IMG/VR virus record: IMGVR_UViG_3300027782_000025 | Coordinates: 186,001 to 250,000 of that record | DNA length: 64,000 nucleotides | Direction: 5' to 3' (one strand) | Shown: positions 24,145 to 33,691 of the stretch, one piece after another | How positions within the stretch are numbered: the stretch's first letter is position 1 | Layout: each line of letters begins with the position of its first letter | Notes under the pieces: model-generated | What the model saw: only the letters and a program-made list of their open reading frames with translations | What the model was told of the DNA's origin: nothing | The model's database searches: none | Made by a program: the position numbers and the translations under genes

Positions 24145-25657
24145 TTTTTCGATAAAAAAACAGGTAAATGATTCTAAGCTGATTACTCAAAAACCGAAAG
24201 TTCCAGAGTTAATTATTAAGGCACCTGTTCATATCATACCTGTCATTGCGCCGATCAAAATCGAAGCCAAGCCCACAATATTGAATGAAAAAACCATTCA
24301 AAAACCGATTCCTATTGTGCCCATCGATAAACCAGCCGAAAAGCCGGAAAAAACAAAGCACTTGCTATCAGGCGACATAATCCCCGATGAAAAATATGCC
24401 GAATATCATAAAAACATTTATGACAAGAAATATTATGAAGCAGTTAAGACAAAAGATGACTTAGTGTTAGGCACATTTGAGACCCCTCCTAAGATCAAAT
24501 CTTTAACTAAAGATGGTGTAGTATATAGAATGGGCGATTTAATTTCTCTCGAAAGGAAACCTATCATGCCGCATCTTGGCCTTGACATTGGCACTAAAAC
24601 GATCGTAGCTTCATTTAAGAACAAGAACGGTGATATAAATTATATATCTGAAATTAATGGGTTTTGGCCTTTCGAAAGAGCCACAGCATTTATTGAAAAC
24701 ATGCTTAAAGATCCAACTAAAGTTAGATCCGACGGCACCAGTAGGCCAGCACATTATTTTAAGCATGAAGAATCAAATCAACTAATCGTGCTTGGACGAG
24801 ATGCTGAAGAATTAGCCTATTCAAAGAATGATACGATGAAAAGACCAATGGCTGAAGGCGGAATTACACCAGATGAAATGTCTATGACGGTGCTGAGCAG
24901 CATCATCCATGGGATCTTAGAGACCGCAGAACGCGATGTTGGTAAGTTTGATAATAATTTGACATTGTGTTATTGCACGACAGCACCGGCTTTAAATAAA
25001 ACAAATAATATTGAATATCACGAAAGAGTTATCGATATCATCCTTAAGAGTTATAACTCACAGAGTGCTATAAAACTTCAAAAGATAAAAGAAAGTCATG
25101 CGATAGTTCTAAACCAAAGCCCAGACGGCTCTGGGATCGGCATCAGCTGGGGAGCAGGCACGGTAACGGTGACATATGTTAAGTATGGCTTAGAAGTTTA
25201 TAGTTTCTGCTGGGTTGGCGCTGGTGACTGGATAGACGAGAATGTAGCGATTAGACATGGCTATGATGCACATGCTATGAAAAGCATGAAAAAGAACAGT
25301 AAGGAAACTCCAACCACAGTATCAAAAGTCAAAATGGACATAGATCTTACCCCCGGCATACAGTATGCCGACAGGCTTCAGTTAGATATATCGCTGCACT
25401 ATGACGTGCTTATTAATCAAGTAGTGTCAGGTATCGTGGCCGGTTTTAAGGAAAATGAGGCGCAGGCAAGAATCGAAAATGGCATTAATGTTTATATGGC
25501 TGGCGGCACTAGCAGTCCGAAGGGCTTTGCTGAGCGTGTGGCTTTAATATTCAATAATAATGAATTACCTTTTGTTTTAAATAAAGTATCTGTGGCAGAA
25601 AAGCCACTATTTACCGTTGCGGCAGGGTGCTTGACAGCAGCAGAGATGTTCGAATAA
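24107..25657 (+). CDS. Actin-fold ATPase (MreB/MamK/ParM-like) with Lys/Pro-rich N-terminal extension
   Basis: Phosphate-1 LGLDIGTKTI, connect-1 ESHAIV, phosphate-2 GIGISWGAGTVTV, adenosine VYMAGGTS, connect-2 VAAGCL. Alternative start at ATG 24134. Confidence 0.75.
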   Translation: MVLEIKQIKMIHDFSIKKQVNDSKLITQKPKVPELIIKAPVHIIPVIAPIKIEAKPTILNEKTIQKPIPIVPIDKPAEKPEKTKHLLSGDIIPDEKYAEYHKNIYDKKYYEAVKTKDDLVLGTFETPPKIKSLTKDGVVYRMGDLISLERKPIMPHLGLDIGTKTIVASFKNKNGDINYISEINGFWPFERATAFIENMLKDPTKVRSDGTSRPAHYFKHEESNQLIVLGRDAEELAYSKNDTMKRPMAEGGITPDEMSMTVLSSIIHGILETAERDVGKFDNNLTLCYCTTAPALNKTNNIEYHERVIDIILKSYNSQSAIKLQKIKESHAIVLNQSPDGSGIGISWGAGTVTVTYVKYGLEVYSFCWVGAGDWIDENVAIRHGYDAHAMKSMKKNSKETPTTVSKVKMDIDLTPGIQYADRLQLDISLHYDVLINQVVSGIVAGFKENEAQARIENGINVYMAGGTSSPKGFAERVALIFNNNELPFVLNKVSVAEKPLFTVAAGCLTAAEMFE

Positions 25658-26337
25658 TGAATATAATTCATGTCGATGGTAGTTTGGTAGCTATTTTAAT
25701 AAAAGAAACTATATATATCATCGACATGGATAATTTTACGGTCCATGACCAGATTGGTGCACGGCTAGCTATCCAAAACATTGATGACTGGTTATTTAAA
25801 AACACCTTATGGGCTCATGGCATTTTTAATTTAAAGCTTTTTGTTAATTTCTTCTTACAAGGACGTGAATCTATAGTAATTAAAGACTTAGGCGTTTTAC
25901 TGTCAGAATTTATCGCTCACCTTTTTAAAAATGATCAGATCGGCCAATTGTTGAAAATGTATGATGTTGAATTACTAAATTTAGAAACAATTGACAGAGT
26001 AGTCTTACCTAATCTTAGAGATAATTTTGAAGCACACCGTCTAAAAAATGGTGAATTAGGTCTCGAATTGTTCCTTAGAAGACTAAGAGACCGAATCGCT
26101 ATATTAAATCCAAACGAAACCAGAGTCATTGATAGCTTTCTAAGTAGGTTAAAAGAGCAGCATGTCGATATAAAGATGGCTATACCCGATGGCCTTTTAG
26201 AACTAGCGAATAATTTTTTATGCACGCAAGATGTTTATACTTCTAACATAAGATACCCCAATATCATCGAATCTTTTGAGAAAATTAAAGCTCCAAAAGG
26301 TAAGAGAAATGGATTAGAAACCGTATTATCTTCATAG
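25627..26337 (+). CDS. Hypothetical protein
   Basis: 236-aa ORF (ATG at 25657 likely) filling the gap before dnaE-N. Confidence 0.6.
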   Translation: MLDSSRDVRIMNIIHVDGSLVAILIKETIYIIDMDNFTVHDQIGARLAIQNIDDWLFKNTLWAHGIFNLKLFVNFFLQGRESIVIKDLGVLLSEFIAHLFKNDQIGQLLKMYDVELLNLETIDRVVLPNLRDNFEAHRLKNGELGLELFLRRLRDRIAILNPNETRVIDSFLSRLKEQHVDIKMAIPDGLLELANNFLCTQDVYTSNIRYPNIIESFEKIKAPKGKRNGLETVLSS

Positions 26338-26350
26338 TATAGGAGATAAT

Positions 26351-27751
26351 ATGGAATATCAAGGTTCATCAGATTTTGTTCATCTTCACTCTCACACACT
26401 TTATAGCATGCTTGATGGTGTGGCCTCTCCGGCCCAATATGCCGAAGCTTGTTATAAAAGGAAGTACCAAGCGATGGCTATCACCGAACACGGCCATATG
26501 GCCAGTGTTCCTGAAGCTTACGCTGCTTTTAAACAATATGGTATCAAATACATCCCTGGGTGCGAAATATACTATAATGATTTTGAACTAAAAAGGCAAG
26601 AGCTTTTGGCAAGCGGAATAAATGTCAGATCGCTAGAATGGAGAAAAGAGAATCCAGAGCTAGCAGGAAGAATTATCAGAAATAGACATCTCACAGTAAT
26701 TTGCAAAAACAAGACCGGATTTGAAAATCTCTTAAAGTTAACAACTCAAGCATATGAGACAGGCCTGTTCGGCGTATCTATTAAACAGTATAATCGCATA
26801 TGGTTTGAAAAGTTATGTGAATATCGCGAAGGACTTATTATATTATCAGGATGTCTAAATGGACCTATAAGTCATGAATTGCGTACTAAATCGATAGTAA
26901 ATAAAGCAGGCGATGTCATCAGAGAAATAAGCCGAAAAGAAAGGCTTGAAAACGCTATCGCCAATATAAAAAAATTTAAAGAAGCGTTTGGAGAAGACTA
27001 CTACATAGAACTACAGATGCCTGGTGTTGAAGGCGACATGTTTGTGTTTCAGACATCTATTATGCTGGCAGACCATTTCAAGATTAAGACCGTGCTGGCT
27101 AATGATTCTCATTACATGGAAAGAAAAGATTTTCAAATCCAAAAGATCATGATGGCGATAGCTCAAGACGTAACTGTTGACTCTCCTGATTTATTTCATA
27201 CAAACAGCGACGAGCAATACTTCAAACAGCGTAGTGAATTATGGAGTAGATATAATGAGACTGAATATTCCAAAGGGTATACGGCTAGAGAATTCGAACT
27301 AATGTGTGATCATACTTTAGAAATAGCCGACAAATGCGAAAATATCGAATTTGATACGGATCCAAAAATACCGACCATCGTAGACGCTGATAATGAATTA
27401 CGGCGCTTGGTCGCATCAAAGCTTATATCGTTAGGACTTCATAAAAATGAACAAAAACACTTGATCGATGGTAGAGAAGTTACCTATCTAGACCAAGCTA
27501 AAATCGAATTAAATCGTTTTATAGAAAAAGGTTTCGCCAGCTATTTTCTCATTACTAAGAATATTATAGAGTACGGTAAAGAACAAGGTTGGCCGTTCAC
27601 TGCTAGAGGTAGCGCTGGAGGCTCCTTAATTTGCTACTTATTAAATATTACATCAGTCGACCCTCTTTCGTGGGGTCTTTCTTTTGATAGATTTCTTGCA
27701 CCGAGCCGCGGTGGCTATATGCTTAATGTCAAGATGACTAAAGGAGATTAG
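26351..27751 (+). CDS. dnaE: DNA polymerase III alpha, N-terminal half (PHP domain + thumb/RGS segment)
   Basis: FVHLHSHTLYSMLDG, ITEHG, PGCE, ANDSHY, RGSAGGSLICYLLNITSVDPL, FDRFLAPSR. Stops just before the catalytic PDIDID. AGGAG RBS upstream. Confidence 0.9.
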   Translation: MEYQGSSDFVHLHSHTLYSMLDGVASPAQYAEACYKRKYQAMAITEHGHMASVPEAYAAFKQYGIKYIPGCEIYYNDFELKRQELLASGINVRSLEWRKENPELAGRIIRNRHLTVICKNKTGFENLLKLTTQAYETGLFGVSIKQYNRIWFEKLCEYREGLIILSGCLNGPISHELRTKSIVNKAGDVIREISRKERLENAIANIKKFKEAFGEDYYIELQMPGVEGDMFVFQTSIMLADHFKIKTVLANDSHYMERKDFQIQKIMMAIAQDVTVDSPDLFHTNSDEQYFKQRSELWSRYNETEYSKGYTAREFELMCDHTLEIADKCENIEFDTDPKIPTIVDADNELRRLVASKLISLGLHKNEQKHLIDGREVTYLDQAKIELNRFIEKGFASYFLITKNIIEYGKEQGWPFTARGSAGGSLICYLLNITSVDPLSWGLSFDRFLAPSRGGYMLNVKMTKGD

Positions 27752-27752
27752 C

Positions 27753-28184
27753 TTGCAGAAGTATTTATTACACGCTTTGAACACACATTTAAAAGTCATG
27801 CAAAAGCCTACTGAAACATTATGTGTATTCTCGCTTAAATTCATCGATGTTCTTATAGATGACGATAAAGTCAGAGCTGAGAAAGAATCACTAGATTTGT
27901 TAATAAATATTCAAAATAATATAATTTCTAGCATTGTCGAAACTATTGACCGCCTAGAGAAAGAAGCTACCGATTCTACTAAAGTACTGGGATCGGCGAT
28001 GCTTAATACAAGAAAATCTATTTATTCTCATACAATAAATTTAAAATTAGTAGATGTAAGTAATCTAGAAGATAGATATAACAAAGCTATAGTTGAAATC
28101 GCTAAAGCGATGAGGTTATTTAATCTTTGTGGTCTTTCTGAAGCAATTAAAATAAATGATGTAAATGGGAACCAGATATGTTAG
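27753..28184 (+). CDS. Hypothetical protein (between the dnaE halves)
   Basis: 143-aa helical ORF, tightly packed; start codon uncertain. Confidence 0.5.
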   Translation: MQKYLLHALNTHLKVMQKPTETLCVFSLKFIDVLIDDDKVRAEKESLDLLINIQNNIISSIVETIDRLEKEATDSTKVLGSAMLNTRKSIYSHTINLKLVDVSNLEDRYNKAIVEIAKAMRLFNLCGLSEAIKINDVNGNQIC

Positions 28185-28624
28185 AGATGCAAATAAATAG
28201 ATTAGATAATTCCAAGATTAATTCTAAAATCGTCGTTACTTTAATAAAAAATAATGGCAAAAAAATGAAGACCCAACGGCGTGATATCGCTTTTAAATTG
28301 AAAATGACTGATGATACCATATATAAGTATCAAGCTATCCTAGTTGGTCTATCTGCGATAAAAGATGTTAATCAATCGATAAGAATCAGCATGTTGGGGT
28401 TTGAATCGAATGATTTATATGGTACATCAAACGATAAACAGCTATATTTCGACGAATTAAAAAGACGTATTATCAAAATATGCCAACGTCATAATAATGT
28501 ATTTTTTGATGCTAATATGATAGCTTTAGATAATGATTATGTCAATATAATTAAAAAGTATTTAGTATCACAATCAGAGTACCATGATACCGGTACAGTC
28601 TTAATCGATAAATCTAAGGTTTAA
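28178..28624 (+). CDS. Hypothetical protein (between the dnaE halves)
   Basis: 148-aa ORF overlapping the previous stop codon. Confidence 0.55.
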   Translation: MLEMQINRLDNSKINSKIVVTLIKNNGKKMKTQRRDIAFKLKMTDDTIYKYQAILVGLSAIKDVNQSIRISMLGFESNDLYGTSNDKQLYFDELKRRIIKICQRHNNVFFDANMIALDNDYVNIIKKYLVSQSEYHDTGTVLIDKSKV

Positions 28625-28686
28625 TACTATGGCTGTTTGGCACAACACAAGCTTAGATCTTTTTATGTATATTGAGATATAAAATT

Positions 28687-29031
28687 ATGGATCATAAAGG
28701 TGAATATGATAAATATGCTTTCATTATAATGGAAGCGCAAACCGATAATATTGTCAACATAGTACGATTAAAGTCGAACGAAGAAAGACTGAAAACCATT
28801 AAAAGCATACGTTCTAAAGGGCAATATTTATTTTACGCTATGACGCACCAAGACGAAAAAACCAAGAGGGTCACTATAAAAAGGCCCTTTGTCGTCGATT
28901 TTGATTCAGTTCCTTCAGCTGAGGAATCAAAATGTATTGAAAATGATATAAAGAAGCTTAGCTGCAAAAAATGTGGCAAAAGTTTTACTTCTACTTCTGG
29001 GCTAACGAACCATCTAAATGCAAAACATTAA
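28687..29031 (+). CDS. Protein with C-terminal classical C2H2 zinc finger
   Basis: CKKCGKSFTSTSGLTNHLNAKH matches C-x2-C-x3-F-x5-L-x2-H-x4-H; overlaps the dnaE-C start. Confidence 0.7.
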   Translation: MDHKGEYDKYAFIIMEAQTDNIVNIVRLKSNEERLKTIKSIRSKGQYLFYAMTHQDEKTKRVTIKRPFVVDFDSVPSAEESKCIENDIKKLSCKKCGKSFTSTSGLTNHLNAKH

Positions 29032-31741
29032 ATCTTGGGAAGAAATTGTCGAAAAGGCTGGAGAGTTGGTTACCGATAAACCGAAGATTTATAAAGACAG
29101 ACTAAAATTCGAAATATATGAAATCGAAAAGCAAGGGGCAGAACGCTACTGGTTAGAATTAGTGACTGATGGAACGACTTTCGATGCAAACCCGAATCGT
29201 CTATTACTACCATACCTTTTAAATCTAGTTTCTGTCGACCCAATCTCCACAGACCATAGCGGCATCATGACAAGCATATCTGCCAATGATGTTTTAAAAT
29301 ACAAAGACCATAACAATGGTAAAATGCCAACAGGAATCTACAGAGATTCTGACATGCCGGACATCGATATAGATTGCTTGCCTGGGGCCAGAGATCATTT
29401 AAAAGAATACGTAATTTCTAAATATGGCCAGAATTCAGAAGATAGTTATGGATCTGTATGTAGCGTTGGCACATGGCAAACTTATAAATTCAAATCTGCA
29501 ATAATCGATGTCTCTGTGGCTCTTGGAATAATGTCTAGATTTGATGCCGAAAGAACGACCACACAATTACCAGAGCACGCAGATGATTTGCCGGAAAATG
29601 GTATATCAGTCTGCAGAGGTAAATATTTAAAGGAAGGTGTCGAGATAGAATGTGGCACTATTCACGGTGATGCTACTTGCCCATCTTGTAAGCAATCCAT
29701 CACGGATGCTCCGACTATTGGTCAGCTTATTGAAGAACTACCAGTTCTCAAAGAATTCGCGATAAAAAACCCTGAGATCATAGCATCAGCGATCAAACTA
29801 GTAGGCAGAATTAGAAACATGGGCATGCACGCCGGTGCTTTACTAATAACAGACAGAGCGTTGTTTGGCAATATACCTATGGCCAAGAGCAGTAATAAGG
29901 GCTATTGGGTAAGCATGTGGACAGAAGGTAGAAGCACCCAGCTCTCAAAATTTGGGTATGTGAAATGGGACTGGCTTGGTCTTAAAACCTTAGAATATAT
30001 ATTTAGGTGTTGCGAGATGGTTAAACTTAACCGCGACATCAATTTTGGCGAAAATTTGTCTGGCTGGGAAGACATCGATCCTAAGCAACGTAAAGCCGGC
30101 TTTTTTATCGATGCTTCTGGTGTTAAACACATTATCAGCCTCGACGACGAAGGGGCTCTAAAGCTAGCAAATAAGCAGAAATGCGATGGTATTTTTCAGT
30201 TCGACACTGAATTAGCCATGTCTTTGCTGGCTCATGGCGTTAGGAATTTCGAAGACTTAATGTTAATCAATGCGATGGGCCACCCAGGGCCAATTGCCGC
30301 TCTACCAGAGACAATGGCAAATCGTGACGATCCCACGATGGCATGGAAAAAACGCATGCATCCAGAAGTCTATAATATTCTTAAAGAAACTTATGGACAA
30401 CTGGTTTATCAAGAGCAATTAACGCAGCTTTGGCAGAGATTAGCTGGATTTACTGCGCCTGAAGCTCAAGAAACGAGGAAGGCCGTTGCTAAGAAATGGA
30501 CACACAAATTAAGAAGCGTAGAACAGAAATGGGTCGCTGGTGCTTCTAAAACCATCGGCGAAGACGAAGCTCGCACTATTTGGTCCAAAATGGTATCATT
30601 CGGTCGTTATGCATTTAATAAATCACATTCTGTAGCTTATTGTTTGGTAACCCTACGATGCTTGTTCCTAAAAGCGCATTTTGCGCCTGAGTTTTGGGCA
30701 TCTGTCATGAATGATTGCCATCCAGATAAGCTGGTACGTTATATGGGTGTTGCAAGATCAGAAGAATGGAAACCGACAGCAATCACTAAACTCGGTTCGA
30801 GCAGATCAGATGATCCATTGCGCTTTGAAGCTATCGACATTAACAATTTATCATTAAAGTTTATAGTAAAAGATAACACGATATTTGTTGGTGTCAGTAG
30901 CATAAAAGGCTTTGGCGAAAAAATAGCTGAGTGCTTAATCACTGCACACAAATATATAAACATGGATGATTTTATTTTAAAGACCGGGATAAAATCTAAA
31001 ACAGTGTTAGAACGGTTAATTAAACTTGGGGCCTTTAGAAATCTTGAAAGACACAATAATAGCAAGGCTTTGTGGGTTTATTATCAAACGAAGTATGGCA
31101 ATGGGCCAGATGCAAAAGAGACTAAAAGCTTCATCTCCAACCTCATTATTTCTAAACAAGGATGGAATGATGGCTCTATTGCGGCTGAGAGGGAAAGACT
31201 CGCCAGTGAATACAGATTGATCTATCCAAAGAAAAAAGTTATACCTAAAAAATTACTTAATTGGAACCCTGAACCGATCATCGATTTTGATGCCGTTCTT
31301 GGCGCTATCGGAGATGATTTTAGTTTTGAAGAAAGACTACAATTTCAGAACGATTACTTAGGATATTACATCGACTCGCCTCTAGGATTATTTAGTTGCA
31401 GGGGTGATCTAACGATTGCTGCAGCAAAGACAAATGCTAAGTCCGGCCAAGACATCATAGCTATCGAAGGAATAATTGTAAATATAGAATATGCTACATC
31501 AAAGAATAATAAACCGTACGCTAAAATATCGACATCAGATGGTATGTTAAAAACCAGTATTATGGTGTGGTCCAAAGAATTGTCGGGGTTAGATAAAACC
31601 AAATTGATGATTGGCGCCGGAATTAGAGTGATCGTGGATTATGATGGCGAGCGAAATAGTTTTTCATTACGACGCAATACTTCGATAAACATACTGAAGA
31701 GAAAGCCAACTAATGCAACTGCCGACGAAAGACGGGATTAA
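29018..31741 (+). CDS. dnaE: DNA polymerase III alpha, C-terminal half (palm/fingers/HhH/OB)
   Basis: MPDIDIDC, GMHAGALLI, VKWDWLGLKTL, DGIFQF, LVYQEQL, YAFNKSHS, IKGFGEK, and a C-terminal OB fold. Confidence 0.9.
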   Translation: MQNIKSWEEIVEKAGELVTDKPKIYKDRLKFEIYEIEKQGAERYWLELVTDGTTFDANPNRLLLPYLLNLVSVDPISTDHSGIMTSISANDVLKYKDHNNGKMPTGIYRDSDMPDIDIDCLPGARDHLKEYVISKYGQNSEDSYGSVCSVGTWQTYKFKSAIIDVSVALGIMSRFDAERTTTQLPEHADDLPENGISVCRGKYLKEGVEIECGTIHGDATCPSCKQSITDAPTIGQLIEELPVLKEFAIKNPEIIASAIKLVGRIRNMGMHAGALLITDRALFGNIPMAKSSNKGYWVSMWTEGRSTQLSKFGYVKWDWLGLKTLEYIFRCCEMVKLNRDINFGENLSGWEDIDPKQRKAGFFIDASGVKHIISLDDEGALKLANKQKCDGIFQFDTELAMSLLAHGVRNFEDLMLINAMGHPGPIAALPETMANRDDPTMAWKKRMHPEVYNILKETYGQLVYQEQLTQLWQRLAGFTAPEAQETRKAVAKKWTHKLRSVEQKWVAGASKTIGEDEARTIWSKMVSFGRYAFNKSHSVAYCLVTLRCLFLKAHFAPEFWASVMNDCHPDKLVRYMGVARSEEWKPTAITKLGSSRSDDPLRFEAIDINNLSLKFIVKDNTIFVGVSSIKGFGEKIAECLITAHKYINMDDFILKTGIKSKTVLERLIKLGAFRNLERHNNSKALWVYYQTKYGNGPDAKETKSFISNLIISKQGWNDGSIAAERERLASEYRLIYPKKKVIPKKLLNWNPEPIIDFDAVLGAIGDDFSFEERLQFQNDYLGYYIDSPLGLFSCRGDLTIAAAKTNAKSGQDIIAIEGIIVNIEYATSKNNKPYAKISTSDGMLKTSIMVWSKELSGLDKTKLMIGAGIRVIVDYDGERNSFSLRRNTSINILKRKPTNATADERRD

Positions 31742-32255
31742 ATGCGACGGCTGCGGGCTTCAGTTTCATGAAGATTTTACTTATTATTCGATAGATTTTA
31801 GAAGCGCTAAATCAAAATTTGGGCAACACTTATCATTGAGAGATCTAGACTCAGCACCAATGGTCGACACTTTTGATTATTGCAGTATGTGTTATGAGAA
31901 ACTCCAAGACAAGATAGTAGAAATAAACCAAAAAACATCTCAGAAAACTGGCTCAAGATATTGTGATCTTTCTGGACAAGATCTGATGCAGTTAAAAACA
32001 TATTACTATGCTACCATAACTGGAGCTACAGTCAAACAAACAGGTGTACCATTTACTTGTGAACAGTGCGGCCTTCAAGCGCACACCCCGACAACAGTAT
32101 GTAAGTGCGGGTCGGTTAAATATGTTAGGAAAGCCGACGTACATACTGATAAAAAATTAATAGAAATCTTCATAACACCAGATATATTTAATAGCTTTGC
32201 CGTTAGAAGAGAAAAGCATAAACAAGAAGGAAGTAATTGGAATGTTACCAGCTAA
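31713..32255 (+). CDS. Multi-CxxC zinc-binding hypothetical protein
   Basis: CDGC, CSMC, CDLSG, CEQC and CKCG motifs. Confidence 0.6.
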   Translation: MQLPTKDGIKCDGCGLQFHEDFTYYSIDFRSAKSKFGQHLSLRDLDSAPMVDTFDYCSMCYEKLQDKIVEINQKTSQKTGSRYCDLSGQDLMQLKTYYYATITGATVKQTGVPFTCEQCGLQAHTPTTVCKCGSVKYVRKADVHTDKKLIEIFITPDIFNSFAVRREKHKQEGSNWNVTS

Positions 32256-32757
32256 CCCATATGATTTGCATGAAATACTCTTAAATAACGTCTTAATGCA
32301 TGCGAGACCGATAGAGTGGAATTCTCACATGGTCGATCAGCATACTAACAAGAGTGCGCTTGGCGATCAAGTAAGAGCCACAAAGGCCGTCCTTACATGT
32401 CCTGATTGTGCATCTTTAGTCGAAATATTGGATATGTATGATCTTAATGGTTATTATTATTGCGAATGTTTTAAAGGTTATAAAAAGACTAGAGATCAGC
32501 TGCAGACAGACGAAATAAATTATGAAGACCCATTTCAGAATCCATTTTCAGAAGATCTGAATCTAGAATCCTTTCTATACCCACAGATAGCTAGTACACC
32601 GGTGAAAACTGGAACCATTAAAGCTGATAAAAAAGTAAAGCCCAAAAAATTATGTAAGGTAGATATCAAAGCTAAGAATAATGATGTCATCGCTAATGAA
32701 GATAACATCATGAAATTGGCGAGTGAACCATTCAATGACGAAGATCTATTAGAATAA
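32197..32757 (+). CDS. Hypothetical zinc-ribbon protein
   Basis: CPDC and CEC motifs; acidic C-terminus; start codon uncertain. Confidence 0.5.
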   Translation: MPLEEKSINKKEVIGMLPANPYDLHEILLNNVLMHARPIEWNSHMVDQHTNKSALGDQVRATKAVLTCPDCASLVEILDMYDLNGYYYCECFKGYKKTRDQLQTDEINYEDPFQNPFSEDLNLESFLYPQIASTPVKTGTIKADKKVKPKKLCKVDIKAKNNDVIANEDNIMKLASEPFNDEDLLE

Positions 32758-32761
32758 GCAT

Positions 32762-33691
32762 ATGAACTACATTTTAGGGTCAGGCATAGTTGGTCTAACT
32801 GCTCGACACATCCTAGGAGCTGATTGGCAAGTAGTTCCATTTTATAAAAGCAGATTTTTTTCGAGCAATCCACCATTAGATGATAACTTCTTGTGTAGAC
32901 ATGAGCGGTTGGACTATATTATTGATAAATTATTGCCAGGTAAAATAGTTAATTCTATATTTTATAAAAGATCTTGGTCGATGAATGGCATATTATCAAC
33001 GAACGGCGATAAGATAGTTATTAATGATTGGCTCGACAAAGTTTATGGCAATGATGTGCCAGGACAAAGTTTACCTTACTATTTGCAAAAAGACATATTT
33101 CAGATTTATAATAATGTCAGGATCAGCGAAATTTACAAGGCACTGTTAGACTTATACTTACCGGTCCTAAAACAGAACGCTACTGCCGGCTTGCCGACTT
33201 CAATCAGAGATGGATACATATATTTTGGCGAAGAAAGAAAGCCATATGATAATATAATTAGCACAATCCCAGCCGATGTTTTATATAACCTTACTGGACG
33301 TACAAGTTTATTAAAATCTAAGGATATGCATTATGTGCATTTGTTTACCGAGGAATTAGATTTTGAAGGCGCTAATCAAATGATGGTCGCTGATAGAGAT
33401 ATCGAATTTTTTAAAGTATCGAACATAGCTCCAAGTCGATATTTGTTTTATTTTTTAAAAGACATGTTACACCCTGGCATATATATGCAAAATTTTCTTA
33501 AGAAATTCGAAATTATAGACGGTACTATGGTTAAACAGGCTTTAACACTAGGAAATACGATAGATATAAGCGTATTCAAGAAAGAGAATATACATCCGAT
33601 AGGTAGCTATGCTATATGGGACCCTTGCTTGGATGTTGCGAGCTGTTTTTTAAGATTATTAAATACCCTTGACACCGGATTTAAAAAATGA
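32762..33691 (+). CDS. FAD/NAD(P)-binding oxidoreductase (UDP-galactopyranose mutase/protoporphyrinogen oxidase-like fold)
   Basis: N-terminal ILGSGIVG dinucleotide-binding motif, YDNIISTIP, and C-terminal IGSYAIW. Confidence 0.55.
   Translation: MNYILGSGIVGLTARHILGADWQVVPFYKSRFFSSNPPLDDNFLCRHERLDYIIDKLLPGKIVNSIFYKRSWSMNGILSTNGDKIVINDWLDKVYGNDVPGQSLPYYLQKDIFQIYNNVRISEIYKALLDLYLPVLKQNATAGLPTSIRDGYIYFGEERKPYDNIISTIPADVLYNLTGRTSLLKSKDMHYVHLFTEELDFEGANQMMVADRDIEFFKVSNIAPSRYLFYFLKDMLHPGIYMQNFLKKFEIIDGTMVKQALTLGNTIDISVFKKENIHPIGSYAIWDPCLDVASCFLRLLNTLDTGFKK

Noticed and set aside
27700-29350. Split intein or self-splicing intron interrupting dnaE
   Set aside because: No intein N-terminal Cys block or C-terminal HN. 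No recognisable group I/II core or homing endonuclease. The junction segment is duplicated rather than precisely interrupted.
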